DNA of 64,000 nucleotides, from assembly GCA_963771435.1 (NCBI GenBank), contig CAVYTF010000018.1, positions 88,217 to 152,216 of the forward strand. The letters run 5' to 3'. The translations under genes and the position numbers were made by a program. Each line of letters starts with the position of its first letter. The stretch's first letter is position 1. The DNA comes from an uncultured Bacteroidota bacterium (GTDB taxonomy: Bacteria; Bacteroidota; Bacteroidia; Chitinophagales; Chitinophagaceae). The notes under the pieces are model-generated. The model was not told where the DNA came from. It saw only the letters and a program-made list of their open reading frames with translations, and made no database searches. Positions 37,127 through 47,556 of the stretch are shown here, one piece after another.

Positions 37127-37327
37127 CTTAATCCATAGCAACGCCCTCTCCCCCTCATTTTCACCCCTTGAACAACTGGATCGGCCAATACTTCAAAAAC
37201 ATTCCCTACTTATTTAGCCTTTTTATTTAATTTCATCCTTTCAGATAATGATTGCTGCCATCAAACCAATTTAATTAATATCGTATGGATTCTCTATGCT
37301 AATAACTCTCTGCAGCAATTCAAAACC

Positions 37328-39856
37328 ATGGTAGGCATTCGTTTTCAGTTATATAATAGTTTATTTACCTCCCTGCCCTTCCACCGCATTGAAAAAACGG
37401 GCGTGCTGCTATCCCTGTTCCTCATCCACTGCGAAGAAGGATTCTCCAAAAACCTCAGCCCTATAGACATAATAGATTCCTTTATCAAACAATATACTTC
37501 CATAAAAGAAGAAAAAGAAAGCATTGACCTGCTGTTCAGGTTTGTGCAGTACACAGAAAGGCAGGTCGTATTGTTCGATGCACTGGAAGATGCTGCTTTC
37601 AGCGAAGTAAACGACATGAATGGCCCCGGCACATTAAAACAGTTACAGTCTGAAATAGAGCAACTGCGCAATGAAGACCAACTTGCAACAACCCTCAAAG
37701 ACTTTTCCGTTCGTATCGTGCTCACCGCCCACCCTACTCAATTCTATACCGGAGAGGTCCTGGGCATCATCCATGACCTCTCCGAAGCGCTGGCAGAAGA
37801 AAACCCGGGGTTGATAAATCAGTACCTGCAGCAGCTGGGCAGAACATCTTTCCTGAAAAAACAAAAACCAACTCCTTATGACGAGGCGGTAAGCCTGTTA
37901 TGGTATCTCGAAAATATATTTTATCCTGCCTCAGGCCGCATCTTATCTTTTATAAAGAGCAATATTTTCTCCGGCACTGGCAAAAACCCTGTTATACGAA
38001 TGGGCTTTTGGCCTGGCGGCGACAGGGATGGCAACCCATTTGTAAAAACAGGTACTACCCTAAAAGTAGCAGAGGCTCTTCGCCGTGGCATTTTGGGATG
38101 TTACTATAGGGATGTCCGCAAACTCAAACGCAGGCTCACTTTTAAAGGTGTGGAAAGCATGCTGGAAGCGCTTGAAATAAAACTATATGACTGCCTTTTT
38201 GTTGCCGGCTGCAAAACCACCCTGCTCAAAGATGAGATGCTCCAAACGCTCACTGACATGCGGGAAATACTCATCAGCCAGCACAACAGTTTATTCCTTA
38301 ACCTGCTGGAGAACTTCATCAACAAGGTAGAAATATTCGGTTTGTATTTCGCCACATTGGATATACGGCAGGATAGTTCCGTGCATGAAAAACTAATACT
38401 GGAAGTTGTCTCTAAAACCAAAATACTTCCTGCAAACTATGCCCAGCTTGATTACAAAAAAAAGATGTCAGCCCTTGCAAATATCAACACAGCAATTGAC
38501 GCATCTCTTTTTGAAAATGAATTGTACACCGACATAATTGAAGTGGCCGCCGCAGTTAAAAAAATACAATTACAGAATGGGGAAGAAGGCTGCAACCGGT
38601 ACATCATCAGCCACACCACCAGCGCAATTAATGTAATGGAAGTATATGCCATATTTTTATTGGCAGGATGGGAAAAAGAAACCCTGCAAATAGATATTGT
38701 CCCCCTTTTTGAAACAATCGACGACCTGCAAAACGCCGCCTCAGTAATGCAAACCCTTTATGCTGACAATACATACCACACTCACCTCCACCTGCGCAGC
38801 AATACCCAAACCATTATGCTCGGCTTTTCTGACGGCACAAAAGACGGCGGCTATTTAACCGCCAACTGGGGCATTTATAAAGCAAAAGAATCGCTTACAA
38901 GAGTTTCAAAAGAGCATGGCATTAATGTCGTGTTTTTTGATGGCCGTGGTGGGCCGCCCGCAAGGGGTGGTGGCAAAACGCATAAGTTTTACGCCTCTAT
39001 GGGCAATAACATTTCCAGTAAAGAGATACAATTAACTGTGCAGGGGCAAACAGTAAGTTCAAATTTTGGCACCATCGACTCTGCACAGTTCAACATTGAG
39101 CAACTCATTAACGCAGGCATCTCAAACGAACTTTTTGCTGCAAGAAAAACAGGGCTGACTCAGGCAGAAGAAACATTAATAGATCAATTGTCCCGGGAAA
39201 GTTTTATTGCTTATTCGGCTTTAAAAAAGCATCCCTGCTTTTTAGAATATCTCACCGAAGCAAGCGCTTTAAAATATTACGCCGAAACAAATATCGGCAG
39301 CCGGCCTGCAAAGCGCGGCGCAGGCAAACTCACTTTCAACGACCTGCGCGCCATTCCTTTTGTGGGCGCATGGAGCCAGTTAAAACAAAATGTTCCCGGT
39401 TATTATGGTGTCGGGAGTGCCTTAAATAAACTAAAAGATGCTGGCAAATGGAAAGAGCTGCAAGAATTATATCAGCATTCTTTATTCTTCAAAACCCTAA
39501 TGGACAATTGCGAAATGGCCATGAAGAAAAGCTTTTTCCCGCTCACCTCCTTCCTGTCAACACACAAAAAGTTTGGGGGAATATGGAAGATGATTTTTGA
39601 AGAATATAAACTAACAAAGCAAATGGTGCTGCAACTTGCCGGCCATACAGAATTAATGGAAACTTACCCCGTCGAAAGCCTTTCCGTCCAAATGCGCGAA
39701 CGCATTGTGCTGCCCCTCGCGGCCATTCAGCAATACAGCATAACAAAACTCCGCAGCGCAGGGGAGGGGCAGGCCAGCCCTTTCAAAGACGCCTATGAAA
39801 AGCTCGTCATGCGCTGCTCTTTCGGCCTAATTAATGCAGGAAGAAATTCTGCGTAA
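37328..39856 (+). CDS. ppc: Phosphoenolpyruvate carboxylase
   Basis: 842 aa with VLTAHPTQ, GFSDGTKDGG and FDGRGGPPARGGG motifs. Confidence 0.9.
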   Translation: MVGIRFQLYNSLFTSLPFHRIEKTGVLLSLFLIHCEEGFSKNLSPIDIIDSFIKQYTSIKEEKESIDLLFRFVQYTERQVVLFDALEDAAFSEVNDMNGPGTLKQLQSEIEQLRNEDQLATTLKDFSVRIVLTAHPTQFYTGEVLGIIHDLSEALAEENPGLINQYLQQLGRTSFLKKQKPTPYDEAVSLLWYLENIFYPASGRILSFIKSNIFSGTGKNPVIRMGFWPGGDRDGNPFVKTGTTLKVAEALRRGILGCYYRDVRKLKRRLTFKGVESMLEALEIKLYDCLFVAGCKTTLLKDEMLQTLTDMREILISQHNSLFLNLLENFINKVEIFGLYFATLDIRQDSSVHEKLILEVVSKTKILPANYAQLDYKKKMSALANINTAIDASLFENELYTDIIEVAAAVKKIQLQNGEEGCNRYIISHTTSAINVMEVYAIFLLAGWEKETLQIDIVPLFETIDDLQNAASVMQTLYADNTYHTHLHLRSNTQTIMLGFSDGTKDGGYLTANWGIYKAKESLTRVSKEHGINVVFFDGRGGPPARGGGKTHKFYASMGNNISSKEIQLTVQGQTVSSNFGTIDSAQFNIEQLINAGISNELFAARKTGLTQAEETLIDQLSRESFIAYSALKKHPCFLEYLTEASALKYYAETNIGSRPAKRGAGKLTFNDLRAIPFVGAWSQLKQNVPGYYGVGSALNKLKDAGKWKELQELYQHSLFFKTLMDNCEMAMKKSFFPLTSFLSTHKKFGGIWKMIFEEYKLTKQMVLQLAGHTELMETYPVESLSVQMRERIVLPLAAIQQYSITKLRSAGEGQASPFKDAYEKLVMRCSFGLINAGRNSA

Positions 39857-39875
39857 ACACTCATAATAATAAAAA

Positions 39876-39894
39876 AGCCACTTGAGAGTGGCTT
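39876..39894. terminator. Hairpin between convergent genes (T-run on minus strand)
   Basis: AGCCACT-tgag-AGTGGCT, preceded by A6 on the plus strand. Confidence 0.6.
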
Positions 39895-39909
39895 AGTTCT
39901 ATACATTTT

Positions 39910-40632
39910 TTATCCCACCTTCACCGGCGGTGGTGCAGGTGCCACTTTATCCTTTCCCCGCGCCCGCAGGTTATCCGTTTTGCGCACCTGTTCATAGCCC
40001 GCAACAAAACTATTTTCCGCATCGTCATCATCGTCCGCCATCCCTTCTATCAGTTTATCCAGCAGTTCCAGCTTTGTATGCGTGTCAGCAAAATAAGGTT
40101 TAAACCAAGCCGTGCTCGCGCTGCGCACCCCCCGAACCTCCTTTATAGCAGGTATTTCCGGCGTCACCAGGTCGATCGCATCCTGCGCCGCACCCACGCC
40201 CGTCGTTGTAATTTTATAATCAGGGTTTGGTGCAGGCAGCGTCGCCAGCGCAGCATTCGCCTGTGTCACAATATTATTGCAAACCAGCAAAGCAGCCTCT
40301 TCCCCAAGCTCTTCCAGCGCGCTTCTTGAATAGTGAACCGCATCCCGCATGATAATATTGCCCACTCCGCTCGCATAGTTATACACCCTCACGCCCAGCT
40401 TATAAGCCAGGTCAAGCATCGTTTCATAATCAATATTTTTCTGGTCGGTCACCCCCGTTGTGCCATTTGCCTGCTGCACAGTGGCCGCCGCATCAATATT
40501 TCCTTTTGAAGTAGTAAAAGCTTTAACTCCTGCGCTCACTACCGAGTTCCCGCCCCACACAAGTGAGTTGTCGTTCAGATATTTGATCGTCGCATTCAGC
40601 ATCGCCAGCGTATTTAGTTGAGGCCTTGTCAT
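39910..40632 (-). CDS. Hypothetical protein (acidic DDDDD patch, Pro-rich C-terminus)
   Basis: 240-aa ORF with good coding-like composition. I recognise no family. Its 5' end faces the 42-bp minisatellite. Confidence 0.55.
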   Translation of the reverse strand: MTRPQLNTLAMLNATIKYLNDNSLVWGGNSVVSAGVKAFTTSKGNIDAAATVQQANGTTGVTDQKNIDYETMLDLAYKLGVRVYNYASGVGNIIMRDAVHYSRSALEELGEEAALLVCNNIVTQANAALATLPAPNPDYKITTTGVGAAQDAIDLVTPEIPAIKEVRGVRSASTAWFKPYFADTHTKLELLDKLIEGMADDDDDAENSFVAGYEQVRKTDNLRARGKDKVAPAPPPVKVG

Positions 40633-40738
40633 GGTTATTCTATTTAAAAACGAAAGTAATTATATAAAACAAACTTAAAAAATATTTATTCGCTCTCTCA
40701 AAATCGTTTTTTAACTGCGGAGACACGTAAAAGATATG

Positions 40739-41695
40739 CAGAGATAGCTGCATGGTCATAAGAGATGCCTGCATGATGCTCAGAGATAGCTGCAAGGCAC
40801 TAAGAGATGCTTGCATGACGTGCAGAGCAGACTACATGGCAGTAAGAGACAACTAAATGATGCAAAGAGCTGACTACATGGCAGTAAGAGACGCCTAAAT
40901 GATGCTCAGAGAAGATTTTGGGGTTATAAAAGACACCTCCATCATGCCCAAAGAAGAATTTGGGGCTATAAGAGACACCTGCCTGATGTGCACAGAAGAA
41001 TTTGGGGTTATAAGAGACGCCTGCCTGATGTACGCAGAAGAATTTGGGGCTATAAGAGACACCTGCCTGATGTGCACAGAAGAATTTGGGGTTATAAGAG
41101 ACGCCTGCCTGATGTACGCAGAAGAATTTGGGGTTATAAGAGACGCCTGCCTGGTGTACGCAGAAGATTTTGAGGTTATAAAAGACACCTCCATCATGCC
41201 CAAAGAAGATTTTGGGGTTATAAGAGACACCTGCCTGGTGTACGCAGAAGAATTTGGGGTTATAAAAGACGCCTGCCTGATGTACGCAGAAGAATTTGGG
41301 GTTATAAGAGACACCTGCCTGGTGTACGCAGAAGAATTTGGGGTTATAAGAGACGCCTGCCTAATGTACGCAGAAGAATTTGGGGTAATAAGAGACGCCT
41401 GCCTGGTGTACGCAGAAGAATTTGGGGCTATAAGAGACACCTGCCTGATGTACGCAGAAGAATTTGGGGTTATAAGAGACGCCTGCCTAATGTACGCAGA
41501 AGAATTTGGGGTTATAAGAGACGCCTGCCTAATGTACGCAGAAGAATTTGGGGCTATAAGAGACACCTGCCTGATGTGCACAGAAGAATTTGGGGTTATA
41601 AGAGACGCTTATGAGATGCAAAGAGATAGCTTTATGTTAATAAGAAACACCTTTATCATAATAAGAGATGATTTTGGGCGATGCAGAAAAGCCTC
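40739..41695. repeat. 42-bp minisatellite (~23 units, ~0.96 kb), decaying at both ends
   Basis: The core is CAGAAGAATTTGGGG(T/C)TATAAGAGAC(G/A)CCTGCCTGATGT(A/G)C(G/A). CAGAAG starts at 41035 and 41077 in the core, at exact 42-bp spacing. The flank units (CAGAGATAGCTGCATGG...) keep the same 42-bp period. Confidence 0.95.
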
Positions 41696-41732
41696 CCATA
41701 ACCTTATAGGCAACCGATCAAAGCACAGCCAA

Positions 41733-43655
41733 TTATATTTTCGCCTTTTTTATCTCATCCACCACCGATGGATCCAAAAGAGTAGTAGTGTCGCCCAGGT
41801 TTTCTGTTTCGCCTTCAGCAATTTTCCTCAGTATCCTGCGCATTATTTTCCCGCTCCTTGTCTTTGGCAGGCCGGTTACAAACTGGATCTTATCAGGTTT
41901 GGCGATCGCCCCGATAACGCGCGTAACAGTTTGCAGAATATCTCTTTTTGTTAATGATTCATCCTCTTTTGAGCCGTTATAAATAATATAAGCATAAATA
42001 CCCTGCCCTTTTATGTCGTGCGGGTAACCAACCACCGCGCTTTCCACCACCCCCTCGTGCATATTGATGGCGTTTTCCACTTCGGCAGTCCCAATGCGGT
42101 GGCCGCTCACGTTAAGCACATCATCCACCCTGCCGGTAATGCGGTAATTGCCGTCTTTATCTTTCATAGCCCCATCGCCGGTAAAATATAAACCCGGGTA
42201 ATTGCTGAAATAATTCTTTTTACACCGCTCATGGTCGCCGTAAGTCGTCCTGATAATAGATGGCCATGGCGCTTTTATGCATAGGTTGCCACTGATGGTT
42301 TCATCCCCCTGTGCAATTATTTCTTTACCATTCTCATCAACAAGCACGGGTTCAATTCCCGGCAGCGGCAGCGTAGCCCAGGAGGGTTTTGCAGGAGTAA
42401 TGCCAGCCAAATTTGAAATTAAAATGCCACCCGTTTCTGTCTGCCACCAAGTATCCACAATGGGGCAATTTCTTTTGCCAATGTTTTCATCATACCAATG
42501 CCAGGCCTCTTCGTTAATAGGCTCGCCCACAGTTCCCAACACTTTCAGAGAAGACAGATCTTTATCTTTTAATGGCTCTAAACCAAAAGCCATAAGGCTT
42601 CGTATAGCGGTGGGCGCAGTGTAGAGGATGTTTACTTTGTGCTTATCAATAATATCCCAAAGCCTTCCTGCATCCGGCCAGGTGGGGATTCCTTCAAACA
42701 TCAATGAAGTAGCGCCTGCACTCAGAGGGCCATAAACAATATAGCTGTGCCCGGTGATCCAGCCAATATCAGCAGTGCAAAAGAAAATATCACCCGGCTG
42801 GTACTGAAATACATTTATGAAAGTATAATTAGTATAGACCATGTAGCCGGCGCTGCTATGCACCACACCCTTAGGTTTACCTGTGGAGCCGGAAGTGTAT
42901 AAAATGAACAACGGATCTTCGGCATCCATCTCTTCTGCCGGGCAATCTTGCAAGCCTTTTGCTTCTATTTTTTTTATTTCCTCATCCCACCATAGATCGC
43001 GGCCTTTTATCATGCTTACCGGAGAATGCGTCCTTCTGTAAACGATGACGCATTTTATTGTTTTGTTTCCTACAAGCGCATCGTCTATCACATTTTTTAG
43101 AGGAATATCTTTTGCTCCGCGAAAAGCGCCATCGCAGGTAATGATATATTCGGTTTTAGCATCGTCAAGCCTGTCTGCAATGCTTTGCGCACTGAAACCA
43201 CCAAACACCACGGAATGAATGGCGCCTATCCTTGCACAAGCAAGCACGGCAACAGCCAGTTCAGGTATCATTCCCATATAAATGCAAACCCTGCCGCCTT
43301 TTTTAACTCCATTATTTTTAAGAACATTGGCAAACAGGCAAATTTTAAGATAGAGTTCTCGGTAAGTGATTATGTGATGTTTTTCTTTAGGATCATTCGG
43401 TTCCCAAATAATGGCTGGAGTATCGGCATTTTTTTCCAGGTGCCTGTCTAAGCAGTTTTCAGTGATGTTCAGCTTTGCGCCTTTGAACCATTCTGTTTTG
43501 AGTTCGGTAAAATTCCATTCTAATACTTTATCCCATTTTTTTTTCCAGGAAAAACTTTTTGCTATTTTGCTCCAAAATATTTCAGGGCTTTTTATACTTT
43601 CTTCATACGCTTCGCGGTATTGTTTTTCTGATTTTAGCTGATGATCAAACGGCAT
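41733..43655 (-). CDS. acs: Acetyl-CoA synthetase (AMP-forming)
   Basis: 640 aa. Contains YTSGSTGKPKGV, and both the N-terminal (YREAYEESI...FW) and C-terminal (SGKIMRRILRKIA) regions are typical of Acs. Confidence 0.92.
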   Translation of the reverse strand: MPFDHQLKSEKQYREAYEESIKSPEIFWSKIAKSFSWKKKWDKVLEWNFTELKTEWFKGAKLNITENCLDRHLEKNADTPAIIWEPNDPKEKHHIITYRELYLKICLFANVLKNNGVKKGGRVCIYMGMIPELAVAVLACARIGAIHSVVFGGFSAQSIADRLDDAKTEYIITCDGAFRGAKDIPLKNVIDDALVGNKTIKCVIVYRRTHSPVSMIKGRDLWWDEEIKKIEAKGLQDCPAEEMDAEDPLFILYTSGSTGKPKGVVHSSAGYMVYTNYTFINVFQYQPGDIFFCTADIGWITGHSYIVYGPLSAGATSLMFEGIPTWPDAGRLWDIIDKHKVNILYTAPTAIRSLMAFGLEPLKDKDLSSLKVLGTVGEPINEEAWHWYDENIGKRNCPIVDTWWQTETGGILISNLAGITPAKPSWATLPLPGIEPVLVDENGKEIIAQGDETISGNLCIKAPWPSIIRTTYGDHERCKKNYFSNYPGLYFTGDGAMKDKDGNYRITGRVDDVLNVSGHRIGTAEVENAINMHEGVVESAVVGYPHDIKGQGIYAYIIYNGSKEDESLTKRDILQTVTRVIGAIAKPDKIQFVTGLPKTRSGKIMRRILRKIAEGETENLGDTTTLLDPSVVDEIKKAKI

Positions 43656-43799
43656 ATTATGTATTTAATTTTGAGCGATAAATTTACAAACTAGTTTTGT
43701 ATTTGCGTTTTCGGCGCAACAGTCTATATTTGGCGCGCCCATAAAAATTTAAAAGGTAAAAAAAAATTTGCGCAATTTCGCATTTTATAGAGGAAAAAC

Positions 43800-44081
43800 A
43801 TGATCCTGCATTTAATAGAAAGGTACACTACGCTTTACTGGATAATTTTCATTGGATTTATAGCTATAAAAATTATTTTTTCCATTGCAGTTGAGGGCAG
43901 GATACATGGTATGATCGATATTTTCGTCGTCCTTTTTAAATGGTATGATCATGTAACGCGCGCGATGGCAGAATCAAAGGATATTTCATCCCGGATGCGG
44001 ATATTGAATCTTATTACCATCGGTATGGTTATATCTTTATTAATAGTATTATTGGTTGGTTTAATGAGATCCTATCTTTAA
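43800..44081 (+). CDS. Small hypothetical membrane protein
   Basis: 93 aa with two hydrophobic segments. Support is the ORF alone. Confidence 0.3.
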   Translation: MILHLIERYTTLYWIIFIGFIAIKIIFSIAVEGRIHGMIDIFVVLFKWYDHVTRAMAESKDISSRMRILNLITIGMVISLLIVLLVGLMRSYL

Positions 44082-44107
44082 GTATTTTTATCCAGCAATT
44101 TTATAAA

Positions 44108-45019
44108 ATGTCTATTGAAGTTTCGCAATTACTAAAAATATATGGGGAACAGAAAGCGGTAAATGATATTTCTTTTGCTATTAGAAAAGGAGAAATAACT
44201 GGCTTCCTTGGGCCAAACGGCGCAGGTAAAAGCACAACTATGAAAATTATTACAGGCTATCTTTTACCTGACGCAGGCAATGCTAAGATTTGTGACCTTG
44301 ATGTAACAAAATATCCAATTGAAGTAAAAAAGAAAATAGGGTATCTGCCTGAATCCAATCCATTGTATTATGAAATGTACGTAAAAGAATATCTTGGATT
44401 TGTAGCAAACGTGCATAAGACAGAAAACCCAAAACAAAAAATTGAAAATGTTATAGAATTGACCGGATTGCAAATTGAGCAGCATAAAAAAATAGGTCAA
44501 TTATCCAAGGGTTATAAACAACGTGTTGGGCTTGCTGTATCGCTTGTGCATGACCCTGAAGTACTAATTTTAGATGAACCTACAAACGGTCTTGATCCAA
44601 ACCAGATCGTTGAAATAAGGAACATAATAAAAGAACAGGGTAAAAGCAAAACAGTTTTGTTTTCGTCGCATATTTTGCAGGAGGTTCAGGCAATTTGCGA
44701 CCGTGTTATTATTATTAATAAAGGAAGGATCGTTGCTGATGATACAATAGGAAACTTAAAGCAAAACAACAAAAACAATATTGTAAAAATTACTTTCCGA
44801 GAGGCTATCGATGCTTCAAAATTGCAACAGGTAACAAGTGCAAGGGACATTTTAAAGGAAACCGATCATACCTGGAAACTTATTTCTGCCAACACTTCTG
44901 AAACCAGGAAACAATTACTACAATTAGCTTTAGAGCAAAATTTGAATGTCATCTCTCTGCAAACTGAAGGCAATAGTTTGGAAGAAATTTTTAGTTCGCT
45001 CACTCAAAATGAAAATTAA
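44108..45019 (+). CDS. ABC transporter ATP-binding protein (GldA-like)
   Basis: Walker A GPNGAGKST, signature LSKGYKQRV and Walker B LILDEPT. Its size and N-terminus resemble the gliding-motility GldA. No permease gene is adjacent. Confidence 0.75.
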   Translation: MSIEVSQLLKIYGEQKAVNDISFAIRKGEITGFLGPNGAGKSTTMKIITGYLLPDAGNAKICDLDVTKYPIEVKKKIGYLPESNPLYYEMYVKEYLGFVANVHKTENPKQKIENVIELTGLQIEQHKKIGQLSKGYKQRVGLAVSLVHDPEVLILDEPTNGLDPNQIVEIRNIIKEQGKSKTVLFSSHILQEVQAICDRVIIINKGRIVADDTIGNLKQNNKNNIVKITFREAIDASKLQQVTSARDILKETDHTWKLISANTSETRKQLLQLALEQNLNVISLQTEGNSLEEIFSSLTQNEN

Positions 45020-45020
45020 G

Positions 45021-45686
45021 ATGCTTCAAAACACTACATTAAAATTTATTGGCGAGTTAAAAGAAAATAATAACAAAGACTGGTTTGAGTCCAACAGAAA
45101 GCAATATGAATCAGCTAAGGAAAATTTTGGCGAAACCGTGAATGAACTAATTGCAGGGTTAAGCAAAAAAGATGAGGATATTGCTACGCTCACTGCAAAA
45201 GACTGCATGTTCCGCATCAATCGTGATGTGCGTTTCAGTAAAGACAAATCGCCTTATAAAACTAATTTTGGAGCAAGCATCAATCGCGGCGGAAAGAAGA
45301 GCTTTTTTGCCGGGTATTATTTTCATTGCGAGCCGGGGAAGAGTTTTGCAGGAGGCGGTTTATGGATGCCAGAAACGGAACACTTAAAAAAAATAAGACA
45401 GGAAATTGATTACAACTGGGAAGATTTTAAGAAGATCATCAAAAGCAAAAGTTTTGTAAATACATATGGCGACCTAAATAAAAATGAAGAAGCCACCTTA
45501 AACCGCGAACCAAAAGGGTATGATAAAATGAATCCCGCAATTGAATATATAAAACTAAAATGCTGGATTGCCACTAAACCTATAGCCGATGCGGACTTAA
45601 CTGGAACCGGTGCAACAAAAAAAATACTTTCTGCTTTCAATGCTTTGCTTCCCTTAATTAAATTTTTAAACAGGGCAATCGAATAA
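45021..45686 (+). CDS. DUF2461 (TIGR02453) family protein
   Basis: MLQNTTLKFIGELKENNNKDWFESNRKQYE is the typical family N-terminus. An alternative ATG lies at 45009. Confidence 0.7.
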   Translation: MLQNTTLKFIGELKENNNKDWFESNRKQYESAKENFGETVNELIAGLSKKDEDIATLTAKDCMFRINRDVRFSKDKSPYKTNFGASINRGGKKSFFAGYYFHCEPGKSFAGGGLWMPETEHLKKIRQEIDYNWEDFKKIIKSKSFVNTYGDLNKNEEATLNREPKGYDKMNPAIEYIKLKCWIATKPIADADLTGTGATKKILSAFNALLPLIKFLNRAIE

Positions 45687-45785
45687 AGCCACTTTTCGAT
45701 AAACGAAAAACAAATACATACAGGCGTCCTATGGAATAATTGTTCCATTGCATTTTCTATTTTTGCATTTGAATAAATTGTTAGT

Positions 45786-46385
45786 ATGATAAAAACAGGC
45801 AACCCGGTAATAAGCATTTATACCGAAATGACACCCAATCCCGAAACAATGAAATTTGTCGCAAACAAATTATTGTATCCAGGCAAAAGCATTGATTTCC
45901 CTGATGAAACAACATCCGCCCCATCACCACTTGCAAAAGAATTGTTTGGTTTTCCGTTTATAAAAAGTGTTTTTATTGCAAGCAACTTTATTACGATCAC
46001 AAAGACCGCTGATACGGAGGACTGGCAGGATGTGATACCTGCAATAAAGCAATTTTTGAAAGATTACCTTGAAGGTGGCGGCATAATAATTAATGAAGAA
46101 GAAGTAGCAAAAGTAAAACAGGGATCCAGTAATGTTGTTGCTGCAGACGATGATGATGTTGTAAAACGTGTAAAAGAATTGCTTGATAATTATGTAAAAC
46201 CAGCCGTAGAAATGGACGGTGGCGCAATACAATTTAAAAGTTATAATTCCGGCACAGTAAATTTAATGTTGCAGGGAAGCTGTAGTGGTTGCCCATCTTC
46301 CATAATAACTTTGAAAGCCGGCATTGAAGGGATGATGAAACGGATGATCCCTGAAGTTAAGGAAGTAGTTGCAGAAGCGGAGTAA
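45786..46385 (+). CDS. NifU/Nfu-type Fe-S cluster assembly protein
   Basis: Nfu_N-like N-terminus (TPNPETMKF) and a C-terminal NifU domain with the CSGCPSS motif. Confidence 0.85.
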   Translation: MIKTGNPVISIYTEMTPNPETMKFVANKLLYPGKSIDFPDETTSAPSPLAKELFGFPFIKSVFIASNFITITKTADTEDWQDVIPAIKQFLKDYLEGGGIIINEEEVAKVKQGSSNVVAADDDDVVKRVKELLDNYVKPAVEMDGGAIQFKSYNSGTVNLMLQGSCSGCPSSIITLKAGIEGMMKRMIPEVKEVVAEAE

Positions 46386-46414
46386 TTTTGTTTTTTGAGT
46401 GAATAAATAAAAAA

Positions 46415-46439
46415 AACGCCCTGAAGTTCAGGGCGTTTT
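46415..46439. terminator. Bidirectional terminator between convergent genes
   Basis: AACGCCCTGA-agt-TCAGGGCGTT, flanked by A8 and T4. Confidence 0.8.
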
Positions 46440-46452
46440 AATTTCAAACATT

Positions 46453-46809
46453 TTAAAAGAAAAATTGCTCAGAAACTATTTTGCCGTCCTCCACTTTATA
46501 CACACAAATTTCTTCCATCATGCTCCTTTCCATTCCTTTCATTTTGGCATCCAGGCTCTAGGCAATAGAGAAATACTTGCCTGCAACAACCGGGTCGGAG
46601 ATGGTAGAGCCATGAAACTCTTCCAGCATAGAATTAAACGTTTTGCTTTTTTCAAGAATGCCGTTAAGGCCTTTTACTTCTTTAGCGCCCATTGATTCGT
46701 TAGGCTCAATGCTTTCGGCATCTTCGGCAAATAATTCTTTTTGTGCTTCTTCAATTTTTCCTTGGCGGCAAAGTTCCACCAATTGGTTTGCGACTTCTTG
46801 TGTTGTCAT
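46453..46809 (-). pseudogene. SnoaL-like/NTF2-fold protein interrupted by an in-frame TAG
   Basis: The 83-aa ORF 46558..46809 ends ...VAGKYFSIA. After the TAG (46558-46560) the same frame continues SLDAKMKGMERSMMEEICVYKVEDGKIVSEQFFF to TAA at 46453, which is the expected C-terminal beta strands of the fold. Confidence 0.7.
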
Positions 46810-46908
46810 AAAATTTTTTTTAAAATGAATAAATTAGAGCTCTAAAGTAGATATTATCTGAAACATTCTTTTGTTTTTCAAAATGAACAACAAGTTAATT
46901 TTTTTAGC

Positions 46909-47556
46909 TTGAATACCCTCGCAGCGTATCTTCATGCCATGCACGAAGTTTACAACCAATTCGTCAGCGAATTGCAGCAAACCACCTTGCTTGAATACAT
47001 TGGCGTCATTGCCGGCATTGCAAGCGTTTGGTTTTCAAGAAAAGAAAATATCCTCGTCTATCCCGTGGGGTTAATAAACACCATCATTTATATTTATATC
47101 AGCATCAAAGGAAGCCTCTTTGGCGAAGCAAGCGTTAATCTTTATTACACCATCATGAGCATATACGGATGGTTTTTATGGGCAAAAAAAGACAACAAAA
47201 AACAAACAGTCTTGCACATAACTTACAGCACTAGGAAAGAATGGATCTTTCAATTGCTCTTTTTCGCAGCATTTTATGTGGCCATTTTCTTCGCTCTCTC
47301 CTTTTTGAAAACCGCGTTTGAATCAAACACCATCCCCTGGGCAGACGCGTTTGCAAGCGCCACAGCCTATACCGGCATGTGGCTCATGGCAAAGAAAAAA
47401 ATAGAAAGCTGGTATTGGTGGATTGCCACAAACATTGTATCTATCCCCCTTTATTTTGTAAAACACTACGCCTTCACAAGCGTTCAGTACATTGTTTTTC
47501 TCATCCTCGCTTTTATGGGATTAGTTTCATGGATGAAAAAAGTAAAACTTAAATGA
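46909..47556 (+). CDS. pnuC: Nicotinamide riboside transporter PnuC
   Basis: 215 aa and multi-TM. Contains ...WFSRKENILVYPVGLINTIIYIYI... and ...ESWYWWIATNIVSIPLYF.... TTG start as in the ORF track. Confidence 0.8.
   Translation: MNTLAAYLHAMHEVYNQFVSELQQTTLLEYIGVIAGIASVWFSRKENILVYPVGLINTIIYIYISIKGSLFGEASVNLYYTIMSIYGWFLWAKKDNKKQTVLHITYSTRKEWIFQLLFFAAFYVAIFFALSFLKTAFESNTIPWADAFASATAYTGMWLMAKKKIESWYWWIATNIVSIPLYFVKHYAFTSVQYIVFLILAFMGLVSWMKKVKLK

Noticed and set aside
40895-41954. A 351-aa plus ORF and a 228-aa minus ORF across the 42-bp minisatellite.
   Set aside because: Both strands and several frames are open only because 42 bp equals 14 codons of a stop-free unit. The plus ORF continues antisense into acs. 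There is no credible start or family resemblance.
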